A stretch of 64,000 nt of DNA from an uncultured Planctomycetota bacterium (GCA_963823665.1 CAWGMQ010000007.1:384001-448000); one strand, 5' to 3'; numbered from the stretch's first letter, positions 44,132 to 54,306 are shown. A program made the numbers and translations. Notes: generated by a model not told the origin, from the sequence alone.

Positions 44132-45541
44132 ATGTTGCGAGATAGGTTGGTCATTGCGGTGCTGGGCGCAATTGTCGCCGTCGCCTCGAGCGCTCGGCCG
44201 TCCTGGGCCCAGCAGACCGGTGCCAAGCCCGAGCTCTTGATTTCGCTTTCGATCACGCCTGCCGCATCGCCTCAGCCGGCGCTCAAGTATTTGCTGATTC
44301 CCGAGCTCAGGGAGATGTCGCCGGGGAATCCGATCCAGGGGTATCTGAAGTGTTACCTCGAGCAGTACCGGTTTGTGTTCGATGAGGAGAACTTCGACCG
44401 GCGGCAGGCGCTTCTGGCGATGCCGCTTGAGGAAATTCCGGCGCCTGAAGTACCCGAGCTGGGCCGGTTTGCACTGGCTCAGGTCGACACTGCGGCCCGA
44501 CTCGACAACCCCGATTGGCAGATTCTCCTCAAGCTGAGGGCCGATGGTTTCAGCACCTTGATTCCCGACGTGCAGGCGATGCGAACTCTGGCGCGGGCGC
44601 TGGCCGTGCGTTTTCGGTCCGAGATCGCGAGCGGGCGGATCGATGACGGGATCCGAACCGCCAAGACCATGTTTGCAATGGCACATCATCTTGGCGAGCA
44701 CCCGACGCTGATCGGCGGCTTGGTGGGCATCGCGATCGCATCGATTGCGATCACGCCGCTTGAAGAGATGATCCAGCAGCCGGAATGTCCGAACCTCTAC
44801 TGGGCGCTCACCAATCTTCCCGATCCGATCGTGCCGATCAAACGAGGGCTGGAAGGGGAGCGGCTCACGCTCTGGGCGTTTACCAGCGACCTGGACTCGA
44901 CGCGTCCCATGAGCGACGAGCAGATCAAGGCATTCATCAGACACGTCGAGAAAAATTCCGGCGACGATGTGGCGTTAAAGGCCGACGGCGGGCTCCGCGG
45001 CTATCTTGCTGCTCGCACGAAGGACGCGGGCAAGCTGGTGGCGGCCCGCAAGCGGCTCGTCGAGCAGGGATTACCGGAGGCGCGGGTGAAGACGTTTCCG
45101 CCGGACCAGATCATCCTCCTAGACGAAGAGCGCGAGCTACGGACGCGGTTTGATGACGTCACCAAGATCATGAGCTTCCCGGGCTGGCAGTTTCAGCCGC
45201 TCTACGAGAAGTTAACCAGCGGCAAGAAAGAGCGGATGCTCCTTGCCGACACGTTCATGCCGTCGCAGCAAGCCGTGGTGTGGGCAGTCACCCGGCTCGG
45301 CCAGCGGATCGCGCTTCTGCGGAACGTCGAGGCGCTCCGAATGTACGCGGCCGAGCACAAGGGTACGCTACCAGCGCAGCTTGCGGATGTCTCGGTTCCC
45401 TTGCCTGGCGATCCGGTCACGGGCAAGCCTTTTCTCTACGAGGTAAGCGGCAAGACTGCGCACGTGCGCGGCACGTCGCCGAAGGGAATGGAACAGAACA
45501 GGTTCTTTAATGTGCATTACGAAATTACTCTCAAAAATTGA
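44132..45541 (+). CDS. Secreted hypothetical protein, array paralogue 4
   Basis: 469-aa ORF; signal peptide; same motifs. Confidence 0.9.
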   Translation: MLRDRLVIAVLGAIVAVASSARPSWAQQTGAKPELLISLSITPAASPQPALKYLLIPELREMSPGNPIQGYLKCYLEQYRFVFDEENFDRRQALLAMPLEEIPAPEVPELGRFALAQVDTAARLDNPDWQILLKLRADGFSTLIPDVQAMRTLARALAVRFRSEIASGRIDDGIRTAKTMFAMAHHLGEHPTLIGGLVGIAIASIAITPLEEMIQQPECPNLYWALTNLPDPIVPIKRGLEGERLTLWAFTSDLDSTRPMSDEQIKAFIRHVEKNSGDDVALKADGGLRGYLAARTKDAGKLVAARKRLVEQGLPEARVKTFPPDQIILLDEERELRTRFDDVTKIMSFPGWQFQPLYEKLTSGKKERMLLADTFMPSQQAVVWAVTRLGQRIALLRNVEALRMYAAEHKGTLPAQLADVSVPLPGDPVTGKPFLYEVSGKTAHVRGTSPKGMEQNRFFNVHYEITLKN

Positions 45542-45601
45542 CGTTTTGGATCGGCGGCTCGAACGGGCGGCCGAAAGTTTGGCAGCGGGGGTTGCCTTCT
45601 C

Positions 45602-47011
45602 ATGATGCGTGGCATGTTCTTCCGGGCGACGATCGCGGCGATTCTCGCTCTGGCATCATCTTTTCGGTCATCCATGGCCCAGCAGGCGAGCGCTCCGCCG
45701 GAGACGCTGGTCCGCCTGTCTGTGGCCGCTGCGAAGGCGCCGGAGCCCGCCTTGCGGTACCAGCTTCTGCCCGAGCTCAAGGAAATAAGTCCGGGCAATC
45801 CGATCGAGGGATATCTGAAGTGTCATCTGGAGCAGTACCGGTTCGTGTTTGACGAGGAGGGCTTCGAGCGCCGCCAGAGTCTGCTTGCAAAGCCGCTCGA
45901 GGAGCCGGAGGAGCCCTTTACACGAGAGATTCCTCAGAGCGCTCTGGCACAGGCGGATCGGGCCGCCCGACTTGACAACCCCGACTGGCAGATTCTCTTG
46001 AAGATCAAGTCCGACGGCGTCAACACCCTGCTGCCGGACGTGCAGGCGATGCGTGGCGTCGCGAGATCCCTGCAGGCGCGGTTTCGCACGGAGGTTACGC
46101 GTGGGCAGATCGACGATGCGCTCCGGACGGCGAAGACGATGTTTGCCATGGCTCGTCACATGGGCGAGCACCCGACGTTGATCGGCGACCTGGTCGCGAT
46201 TGCGATTGCAAACATGGCCATGACTCCGCTCGAAGAGCTGCTCGAGCAGCCCCGTTGCCCGAACCTTTTCTGGGCGCTCACAGACTTGCCCGAGCCACTG
46301 ATCTCGCTCAGGACGGGAATTGATGGGGAACGGCTCATCCTCTGGACGCTTTTCCGAGAGCTCAATTCGACTTCGCCGATGAGTGCCGAGCAGATCAAGC
46401 ATTTCATCGATCCGCTCGACGCGGCGATCAGGCAAGTGGCCGGGCCCGGCAACCGGCTGCGAGACCACTTTGCGTCGCTTGCGAAGGACCCTGAGAAAGT
46501 GCGAGCGGCTCGCAAGCGGCTCGTCGCTGGGGGGCTTCTCGAGCCGAGCGTGAGTGCGTTTCCGGTGGAACAAGTGCTCTTACTCGACGAGGCACGCGAG
46601 TGCCAGGCACGATTCGACGAGATCGTCAAGATCATGAAGTTCCCGGCCTGGCAATTTGAGGCTCTGTTCAAGAATTTGAACGCCGGCAAAGGCGCGCAAT
46701 CGATTTTCGCGAAGGAACTCTTCGGACTGGTATCTCTGGTGAACGCCCGCCGCTCGGTGGCCCGGCTCGACCAGCGGATCGCCTTGCTGAGGCACGTGGA
46801 GGCGGTGCGAATGTACGCAGCAGAGCATGGTGGCGCGCTGCCTGCGAAGCTTTCGGAGATTGCCGTGCCGTTGCCGGTTGACCCGTTCACGGGCAAGCCG
46901 TTTGGCTATGAGGTCGCCGGAGGGACTGTGCACCTTCGGGGTTCGCCACACGAAGCCGAACAGAACAACGCGAACTACCGGGTGCATTACGAAGTCACCA
47001 TCGGGCACTGA
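45602..47011 (+). CDS. Secreted hypothetical protein, array paralogue 5
   Basis: 469-aa ORF; signal peptide; same motifs. Confidence 0.9.
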   Translation: MMRGMFFRATIAAILALASSFRSSMAQQASAPPETLVRLSVAAAKAPEPALRYQLLPELKEISPGNPIEGYLKCHLEQYRFVFDEEGFERRQSLLAKPLEEPEEPFTREIPQSALAQADRAARLDNPDWQILLKIKSDGVNTLLPDVQAMRGVARSLQARFRTEVTRGQIDDALRTAKTMFAMARHMGEHPTLIGDLVAIAIANMAMTPLEELLEQPRCPNLFWALTDLPEPLISLRTGIDGERLILWTLFRELNSTSPMSAEQIKHFIDPLDAAIRQVAGPGNRLRDHFASLAKDPEKVRAARKRLVAGGLLEPSVSAFPVEQVLLLDEARECQARFDEIVKIMKFPAWQFEALFKNLNAGKGAQSIFAKELFGLVSLVNARRSVARLDQRIALLRHVEAVRMYAAEHGGALPAKLSEIAVPLPVDPFTGKPFGYEVAGGTVHLRGSPHEAEQNNANYRVHYEVTIGH

Positions 47012-47071
47012 AGACTGATCGAGGGGATCTTGAGGTCATTCGTCGATCGATCGCCGCGGGAGTCGCCTCTG

Positions 47072-48439
47072 ATGAAGCACATTTTGATCGCGGTTGCCGC
47101 CTTTGCCGTGCTTTCCGCTCGTTCCGCGGCGGACGAGACGCTCATTCAGTTGAGCGTCGAGCCCAAGGCGGCACCTGTGCCGGCGCTCAAGTATTTGCTT
47201 TTGCCCGAGCTCAAGGAGATGAATCCGGGCAACCCGATCCACGTGTATCTGAAGTGCGTGCTCGAGGTTCACCAGTCTCTGTTCGATAAAGAACAGTTTG
47301 AGCATCGTGCCAAGCTGCTGGCGATGCCGCTCGTCGCCCTGCCGGAGGCGGAAATCCGCCATTACGGACATCGGACGCTGGCACTGGCGGACAAGGCCGC
47401 GCGGCTCGACAGTCCGGACTGGCAGATCTTGTTGAAGCTCAGAGAGGACGGCATCAGCACGCTGCTGCCCGACGTGCAGGAGATGCGACCGCTCGCCGGG
47501 GCGCTTCAGGCGCGTTTTCGGAGCCAGGTGGCGATCGGCCGCTTTGACGACGCGATTGCGACGGCCAAGACCATGTTTGCGATGGCCAGGCACATGGACG
47601 AGCACCCGACGTTGATTGGCGGCCTGGTGGGAATCGCTATTGCCGGCCTTGCGATTGTCCCTGTTGAAGAAATGATCCAGCAGCCGGGGTGCCCGAACCT
47701 CTACTGGGCGCTGGCAAGCCTGCCGGCACCGCTCATCACCTGTGCGAAAGGGCGGGCAGGAGAGCGGCTCGTGGTCAGTACGGTTTTCAGGGAATTGAAG
47801 TCCGAAACGCCGATGAGCGAGCTGGAGCTGAAGAAATTCATCGACCCGCTCGACGGGCTGCTGGGCGACGGCAGCGCCGCGAACCGCGGCATGGCGACTC
47901 GTTGGATCGTTGAGCGGGCTAGTGCCCCGGTGAAGCTGGCCGCGGCCAAAGCGCGGTTGATCGAAAGGGGCATTCCCGAGTCGGTGCTCCGGTCCTTTCC
48001 AGCCCAGCAGGTCATCCTGCTGGATGACAAGCGCGAATGCGAGGTCCGGTTCGACGAAGTCACCAAGATCCAGATGTTCCCAGCGTGGCAGTTCGAGGCG
48101 CTGGCCGCGGCGGCCAGGCCCCACAAGGAGCCGTCGCTCTTCGCCGATGCGCTCTTGCCGGGCCAGGATCGAGTGCGTCGAATCCAGGCGAAGCTCGAGC
48201 AGCGAATCGCGCTGCTCGTGTGTGTGGAAGCACTTCGCCTGTATGCGGCCGAGCACGGCGGTGTTTTCCCTGCGAAGCTGTCGGATATATCGGTGCCGGT
48301 GCCTGTCGACCCGTTCACGGGCAAGGCGTTCGGCTACGAAACGACTGGCAAGAAGGCCCACTTGCGCGGCACTCCACCAGCCAGCGAAGCGAAGAGCGCC
48401 GAGTTCCGCTTCCATTATGAAATCATCTTGCGAGAATGA
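47072..48439 (+). CDS. Secreted hypothetical protein, array paralogue 6
   Basis: GGGAG SD; MKHILIAVAAFAVLSARSAA signal peptide; same motifs. Confidence 0.9.
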   Translation: MKHILIAVAAFAVLSARSAADETLIQLSVEPKAAPVPALKYLLLPELKEMNPGNPIHVYLKCVLEVHQSLFDKEQFEHRAKLLAMPLVALPEAEIRHYGHRTLALADKAARLDSPDWQILLKLREDGISTLLPDVQEMRPLAGALQARFRSQVAIGRFDDAIATAKTMFAMARHMDEHPTLIGGLVGIAIAGLAIVPVEEMIQQPGCPNLYWALASLPAPLITCAKGRAGERLVVSTVFRELKSETPMSELELKKFIDPLDGLLGDGSAANRGMATRWIVERASAPVKLAAAKARLIERGIPESVLRSFPAQQVILLDDKRECEVRFDEVTKIQMFPAWQFEALAAAARPHKEPSLFADALLPGQDRVRRIQAKLEQRIALLVCVEALRLYAAEHGGVFPAKLSDISVPVPVDPFTGKAFGYETTGKKAHLRGTPPASEAKSAEFRFHYEIILRE

Positions 48440-48503
48440 GAGTGACAGAAGAAATGAGAAGCTCAATCCCTATCTTGGTTTTTGACGCCGGGAGTTTTCT
48501 GCA

Positions 48504-49880
48504 ATGAAGCGACTGTTGCTGGCGGCCGTTGCGATCGCCGGTGTTTCGATCGATTGCTGCGCACAGGAGACGGAGGTCTCGTTCCGGGTGCACGCGATGC
48601 CGGCGCCTGAGCCCGCGCTCAAGTATCAGCTTTTGCCGCAGCTCGATGAGCTGAATCCCGGCAACGCGGCCCAGAACTATCTCAAGTGCTTCATGGAGCA
48701 ACACCCGTTCTTCTTCAGCAAGCAGGGAGTGGGGGAGCGCGAGCACTATCTCTCGATGACGCTTGCCGAGCTGGCGGGCAAGAAGCTGGGCACGTATGGC
48801 GGAGGCGCGCTGCGGCAAGCGGACTGGGCAGCCCGCATGGAGAGCCTGGACTGGCAGAGCCTGGGGAGTATCCAGGGCGGCGGGATGGAAGCACCGCCGG
48901 CGGAAGTCGGGCCGATGCAGGTTCTGGCCAAGGCGCTTCACGTTCGGTTTCGCATTGAAGTTGCCGAGGGCAGGTTCGACGACGGGGTTCGATCGGCGAA
49001 GACGATGTTCGCCCTGTCGCGCCATCTGGGTGAGCATCCGACCGAAGTTGCCAATCTCGTCGGGCTGTGGCTGGCTCATCTCACGCTTTCCACGATCGAG
49101 GAGATGGTGCAACAGCCGAAGTGTCCGAACCTGTACTGGGCGCTCACCGATCTACCAGCACCGCTCGTCGATCTGCGCAAAGGGGTGCACGGAGAACAAA
49201 CGATGGTCGCGGCGGAATTCCGGGCGATCCGCGCAGACTCGCCGATGACCGAGCAGGAGCTTGAAGCGCTCGTGAGCCGCCTCTCGGGCGTGATCAGCTT
49301 CTCGCGCGAGCAGACCGGCCAGGCGCCGCGCAGCGTCAGGGCGGCGCTTCGAACCAGCACGCGGGACGGCAAATCGGTTGATGCCGCGAGAGAGCGCTTG
49401 ATTCAGTCAGGCTGCAAGAAGGAGACGATCGCCAAATTCCCGCCGCTTCAGATCATCTTGCTGGACCAGAAGCATCGGTACGCGCTCGAGCGTGACGAGC
49501 GGCTCAAGCTGCTTTCGGTTCCGGTGTGGCAGACGCCGGGCTCGGGCTCCGCGGGCAAGCTTCAGGGAGGGGCACGATGGCCGCTGGCGGACCTCTTGCC
49601 GAATATCGACAAGCTGCGTGCGGAGGAAGCCGAGCTCGAGCGCCAGCTCGCCTTGCTGCGGTGGGTCGAGGCGCTGCGCATGTACGCAGGCGGACATGAC
49701 GGTAAGCTGCCGGCCAGTCGCGACGAGATTGCCGTGCCGCTGCCGCTGGACCCGGTCACCGGGAAAGCGTTTGCGTATTCCCTCGACGGGACGACGGGTC
49801 ACATTCGCGGTGAATCGCCTGCGGGACGCGGAACGAGCTCGAGCGCGGGTGTTTACTACGGCGTCACGGTCGGGAAGTGA
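48504..49880 (+). CDS. Secreted hypothetical protein, array paralogue 7 (most divergent)
   Basis: 458-aa ORF; PEPALKYQLLP..PGNAAQNYLKC, CPNLYWAL, EALRMYA..DPVTGKAF. Confidence 0.9.
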   Translation: MKRLLLAAVAIAGVSIDCCAQETEVSFRVHAMPAPEPALKYQLLPQLDELNPGNAAQNYLKCFMEQHPFFFSKQGVGEREHYLSMTLAELAGKKLGTYGGGALRQADWAARMESLDWQSLGSIQGGGMEAPPAEVGPMQVLAKALHVRFRIEVAEGRFDDGVRSAKTMFALSRHLGEHPTEVANLVGLWLAHLTLSTIEEMVQQPKCPNLYWALTDLPAPLVDLRKGVHGEQTMVAAEFRAIRADSPMTEQELEALVSRLSGVISFSREQTGQAPRSVRAALRTSTRDGKSVDAARERLIQSGCKKETIAKFPPLQIILLDQKHRYALERDERLKLLSVPVWQTPGSGSAGKLQGGARWPLADLLPNIDKLRAEEAELERQLALLRWVEALRMYAGGHDGKLPASRDEIAVPLPLDPVTGKAFAYSLDGTTGHIRGESPAGRGTSSSAGVYYGVTVGK

Positions 49881-49910
49881 TGAATGTGATCGAAGCGAAG
49901 ACAGAGGTGG

Positions 49911-51455
49911 ATGATGAGGGTAAGGAACGCGACGCTCGAGAAGATCGACCCTGCAGAGGCTTGGAAGCCGTGGCAGCCTTCGGCGGGGGATCCGTGGAAC
50001 CGGAAGTGGGCGGCTCAACTCTATCGGCGCGCGGCATTCGGGTATAGCCGCGAGGAGCTGATCGAAGCTGAGCGCCTCGGTCTGCAAGGGACGCTGGACT
50101 TGCTGTTCGAAGGCAGGCCCTATGCGACGGAATCGCTCGAGACGTTGATCGACGTGGGCCGGTTGGCGGCTCTGCGTGACGATGGGGGCAATCAGCTTCG
50201 GGGCTGGTGGCTGTACGCGATGCTCCAGGGCGGCCATCCGCTGCGCGAGAAGCTCACGCTCTTCTGGCACGATCATTTCGCGACCAGCCTGGTCAAGGTG
50301 CAGAACCCGGCGCTCATGTTTCGCCAGAACTGCCTGCTGCGCGAGCACGCGCTCGCGCGGTTTGGGCCGATGCTGCAAGCGATCAGCCGCGACGGCGCGA
50401 TGCTGGTGTGGCTGGATTCCAACAGCAACGTGAAGGGGAGGCCGAACGAGAACTACGCTCGCGAGCTGATGGAGCTTTTCAGCCTGGGGGTTGGCCATTA
50501 CACCGAGAAAGACGTGCGTGAGGCTGCGCGGGCCTTCACCGGCTGGCGGACGGACGGCGCCGAATTTGCGTTCAACGCCGCTTCTCACGATGGCGGGGCC
50601 AAGACGGTGCTGGGCCGGACGGGCAACTGGGATGGCGGCGACGTGGTGCGGATCGTGCTCGAGCAGCCCGCGGCGGCACGTTTCCTGGTGCGCAAGCTGT
50701 ACCGGTTCTTCGTGAGCGAGGCGGATCAAGTGCCCGAGGCACTGCTCGAGCCGCTGTGCGAATCGTTCCGCAAGAGCGATTACGATATTGCGGCGCTCTT
50801 GCGGACGATACTTTCCTCGCGACATTTTTATTCGAGCCATGCGTTTCGCCAGCGCGTGAAGGGGCCGGTGGAATTCGTGCTCGGTGCGGTGCAAGCGGTT
50901 TGCAGGCGATACGCGGAAGACGAACCCGATTATCGGCCACTGCCGCAGCAAATGCTGGTGGGCGAGCTGGCCGAACTAGGGCAAGCCCTTTTCGCACCGC
51001 CGAACGTCAAGGGGTGGCCCGGCGGGAAGGCCTGGCTGAACACGGGGACCCTGCTCGAACGCTCCAATTTCGCTCAAGTGCTGGCGATGGGCACGATCTG
51101 GGCGACCAGGTCGCCGCAGCCGAGGGTGGCACCGGAATCGTCGTACTTATTCACCCTGCGGCAAGTTGTCGGTGCGATCGCGCCGGGCCTCTTCCCGATC
51201 GATATCGCTGCAGAGCCCAGTCCGCCCCGCGCTTTCGATCCGGCGCGGATCCTGGAGGAAGAGCACGTGAGCGGGGCGGAAGACGTGGTGCGCGTGCTGC
51301 TGGATCTTTACCTGCCGGGCGGCGTCTCTTCGATTCTGCGATCGAAGCTGGTGGCGTTCGTGGGCGAAGGGAAGCCGGAAAAGCAAGACCTCGAGCGGCG
51401 GGTGCGCGAGTCCGTGCATGCGATTCTCTCGCTGGCGGAATATCAACTGTGCTGA
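49911..51455 (+). CDS. DUF1800 domain protein
   Basis: LYRRAAFG, LREKLTLFWHDHFATS, PNENYARELMELFSLG, YTEKDVREAARAFTGW, PPNVKGW, EYQLC. Confidence 0.95.
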   Translation: MMRVRNATLEKIDPAEAWKPWQPSAGDPWNRKWAAQLYRRAAFGYSREELIEAERLGLQGTLDLLFEGRPYATESLETLIDVGRLAALRDDGGNQLRGWWLYAMLQGGHPLREKLTLFWHDHFATSLVKVQNPALMFRQNCLLREHALARFGPMLQAISRDGAMLVWLDSNSNVKGRPNENYARELMELFSLGVGHYTEKDVREAARAFTGWRTDGAEFAFNAASHDGGAKTVLGRTGNWDGGDVVRIVLEQPAAARFLVRKLYRFFVSEADQVPEALLEPLCESFRKSDYDIAALLRTILSSRHFYSSHAFRQRVKGPVEFVLGAVQAVCRRYAEDEPDYRPLPQQMLVGELAELGQALFAPPNVKGWPGGKAWLNTGTLLERSNFAQVLAMGTIWATRSPQPRVAPESSYLFTLRQVVGAIAPGLFPIDIAAEPSPPRAFDPARILEEEHVSGAEDVVRVLLDLYLPGGVSSILRSKLVAFVGEGKPEKQDLERRVRESVHAILSLAEYQLC

Positions 51456-51488
51456 GCTTATCGACTTACCATATCCGGAGACTATCTC

Positions 51489-52730
51489 ATGTTCAATCGT
51501 CGTAGATTCTTGACGCGATCGCTGCAAGGCTCATCGCTTCTGGCCATGGGCACGGTGGTTCCGCAGTTCGTTTCGCGCACGGCGGAGGCGGCTGCGCCGG
51601 GCAAGGACAACATCCTGGTGGTGCTCGAGATGACCGGGGGCAACGACGGGCTGAACACGGTGATTCCCTATGCCGACGACCTGTATCACAAGGCCCGGCC
51701 GACGCTGCGGCAGACCAAGGACGTCGTGATCAGGCTGGACGATCACGTCGGGCTCAATTCGGCGATGCAGGGCATCCGGCCGATGTGGGAGAAGGGGCAG
51801 TTGGCGGTGGTGCAGGGGGTAGGTTACCCCAATCCGGAGCGCTCGCACTTCGAAGCGATGGACATCTGGCAGTCGGCCGACCCGAAGGGGGTCGTCACGA
51901 CCGGCTGGTTGGGGCGTGCGGCGTGTGAGATGAAGAACCTCTCGGGAGGGGTGCCGATCTTGCAGGTTGGCTCGAAGAAATTGCCGCTGGCGCTTTCGGG
52001 TGCGCCGGGCGGCGGGGCAGTCACGGTGTTTGATCAGAATTCATTTCGTCTCCAGCTTGGTGGAGGCAAAGCCGCGCAGCAGAAGGCGAGGCGCAAGCTG
52101 CTGGATGAGCTGGCGGCGGCGGGCGCGAGCAATGGGGATCAGGATCTCACCTCGTTCATCCAGCGGCGGCAAGTGCAAACGCTGACGGCCGTGGAGACGC
52201 TGCGCGAGCTGATGGCGGGGAAGAACGCCGTTGCGCGGCCGGGCGCGGGGCTTTCGCAGAAGCTCTTGCTGATCGCCGAGTTGATCGACCGCGGGTTCGG
52301 CACGCGCATTTTCTATGTCAGCCTCGAAGGTTTTGACACGCACGCCGCGCAGGCCCCCGCGCATGCCGGATTGCTCGGTGAGCTGGCAAGCTCGATCAAT
52401 GCGTTTTTCGAGACCCTCAAGAAGACCGGCAACGACAGCCGGGTGCGACTGATGACGTATTCGGAGTTCGGCCGGAGGGTGCAGGAGAACGGCAGCCGGG
52501 GCACGGACCATGGCGCGGGTTCTTGCCTGTTCCTGGCCGGGCCGTCGGTCAAGGCGGGCGTGGTGGGCAAGCACCCGAGCCTGGCCGATCTCGACGCCGA
52601 TGATCTCAAGTACCACACCGACTTCCGCCGTGTTTATGCGACACTGCTCGACGGCTGGCTGGGGTGCGACAGCAAGTCGGTGCTGGGGGGCAAGTGGGAG
52701 CATGTGAAGGAGCTGGAGGCGAGGGTGTGA
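51489..52730 (+). CDS. DUF1501 domain protein (Tat signal), DUF1800-associated type
   Basis: NRRRFL; GGNDGLNTVIPY, GVGYPNPERSHF, GFDTHA, YSEFGRRVQENGSRGTDHG, DFRRVYATLL. Confidence 0.95.
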   Translation: MFNRRRFLTRSLQGSSLLAMGTVVPQFVSRTAEAAAPGKDNILVVLEMTGGNDGLNTVIPYADDLYHKARPTLRQTKDVVIRLDDHVGLNSAMQGIRPMWEKGQLAVVQGVGYPNPERSHFEAMDIWQSADPKGVVTTGWLGRAACEMKNLSGGVPILQVGSKKLPLALSGAPGGGAVTVFDQNSFRLQLGGGKAAQQKARRKLLDELAAAGASNGDQDLTSFIQRRQVQTLTAVETLRELMAGKNAVARPGAGLSQKLLLIAELIDRGFGTRIFYVSLEGFDTHAAQAPAHAGLLGELASSINAFFETLKKTGNDSRVRLMTYSEFGRRVQENGSRGTDHGAGSCLFLAGPSVKAGVVGKHPSLADLDADDLKYHTDFRRVYATLLDGWLGCDSKSVLGGKWEHVKELEARV

Positions 52731-53000
52731 TTTTGTGCGTCAGGCAACGCGGCCGATCCGTAATCGGAGAGCATTGACACGTAAGGCTGCGTGCAGTAGC
52801 TTTATCTTATCGAGTTGCTCGTGATGGGCACATTCGAGGAATTTGTTATGGTGGCCCGGCCGTGCACGTGTGTACGGACGGGTTTTTTTTTGCACCCATC
52901 TTCTGTTGCGGTTGGGGGCCAGGAGTGTTTCTGCGGCGGATGGTTTTGGATTCGATGTCGCGGCGGGGGCATTCAGGGCTCATTTTGAAGGGGAAAGAGG

Positions 53001-53507
53001 ATGAAGATCGAAGTCGACTATCAAGATCGCCCTGTGGAGCGCATGACATTGCTGGCGCACCAGTTCATGAGTAGCCCTGCCGTATCCGTTGGTCCGACGG
53101 CCAGCGTCGCCGAGGTCGCTCAGATCATGGCCGAGAAGCGCGTTGGCTGCGTTCTGGTTGTCGATCGAGAGGGAAAGTTGTGTGGCGTTGTCACGCAATC
53201 GGACTTCGGAGGTGACAATCACGCAGTTCCGTTCTCGATCGAACTGCTGCTCGAGATGTTCAGCCGAGCGCTGTCGCCGTCGGAATTCGATCGAATTCGC
53301 AATGATGCACGCTCGAAGACTGCAGAGGATATCATGGTAACCGAGGTCCATAGCGGCGAGGAGGAGACACCCGTTGAAGAACTGGCTCGATTGATGCTTC
53401 GTTACGACATCGATCACATTCCGATCGTCCGGGACGGGATGCCGGTCGGGCTCGTCGCGCGTCATGATTTTCTGCGGATGGTTGCGACGGACGAACAGTG
53501 TCGATGA
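53001..53507 (+). CDS. CBS domain pair protein
   Basis: MSSPAVSV..VGCVLVVDREGKLCGVVTQSD; IDHIPIVRDGMPVGLVARHD. Confidence 0.9.
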   Translation: MKIEVDYQDRPVERMTLLAHQFMSSPAVSVGPTASVAEVAQIMAEKRVGCVLVVDREGKLCGVVTQSDFGGDNHAVPFSIELLLEMFSRALSPSEFDRIRNDARSKTAEDIMVTEVHSGEEETPVEELARLMLRYDIDHIPIVRDGMPVGLVARHDFLRMVATDEQCR

Positions 53508-53599
53508 CGCGTAAGTCACGGCGCTCGTTTAATTGACTCGTTCGCGGGCGAGTCAGTCACGCTTTCCGGGCAACAGCGCCTCGAGGAGATCGATCAGCG

Positions 53600-54192
53600 A
53601 TGCGAGTGGTGGGCGGGTCGGCGAGGGGATCGAAGCTGCTGGTGGTACCGGGTGATGGGACTCGCCCCATACTGGATCGCGTCAAGACGGCGCTCTTTGA
53701 CATCCTGCGCCGCGGATCGACGGCATCACCGTGCTGGACTTATTTGCGGGGAGCGGAAGCGTGGGCATCGAGGCGCTCAGCCAGGGAGCGGCTCACTGCA
53801 CTTTCATTGACCGCGGGCACAAGGCGGTGGCCACGATCAAGAAGAATCTGGAAGTCACCGGTCTGGGCGACCGGGCCGACGTGTTGCACGGGGATGCGCT
53901 CGGGTATCTGAAAGCAACGACGAAGACGTTCGACCTGATCTATGTCGCCCCGCCTCAATACAAGGGGCTCTGGATCGAGGCCATGCGGCTGGTGGCGGGG
54001 CGGCTGGCGGCACCTTTGCGGGAAAGTGCGGAAGCTGAAGACGAGCGCGAAGCGGGAATGGCGATCGTGCAGATTGATCCCAAGGAATATGAAAGTCTTG
54101 ATTCAGGGCCGATACGCGAGGTGCGGCAGAAGCGGTACGGGAATACGATGCTGGTGTTCTATGAGATCTCGGACAGCGGCTGCGCGGAGTGA
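53600..54192 (+). CDS. rsmD: 16S rRNA (guanine(966)-N2)-methyltransferase; frameshift near 53710
   Basis: MRVVGGSARG..TRP..DRVKTALFDIL; LDLFAGSGSVGIEALSQGA; FDLIYVAPPQY; KRYGNT. Confidence 0.85.
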
Positions 54193-54274
54193 GGCTCGAT
54201 GGCTATTCCGGGAGGGAGAAGGAGGGGGCGGTTTTATCGGGGCACTGGCTGAGTGAGCGGCAGTCACTTGGCAC

Positions 54275-54306
54275 GGAGCGGGCGGCACACGGAGTGTGCC
54301 TGCTAC
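54275..54306 (-). repeat. GTAG-type REP element, copy 1
   Basis: Minus strand GTAGCAGGCACACTCCGTGTGCCGCCCGCTCC; 32/32 identical to 55743-55774. Confidence 0.8.

Noticed and set aside
39750..49880. Paralogue array as an integron cassette array
   Set aside because: Spacers lack attC RYYYAAC...GTTRRRY ends, there is no integrase, and the genes are paralogues rather than unrelated cassettes
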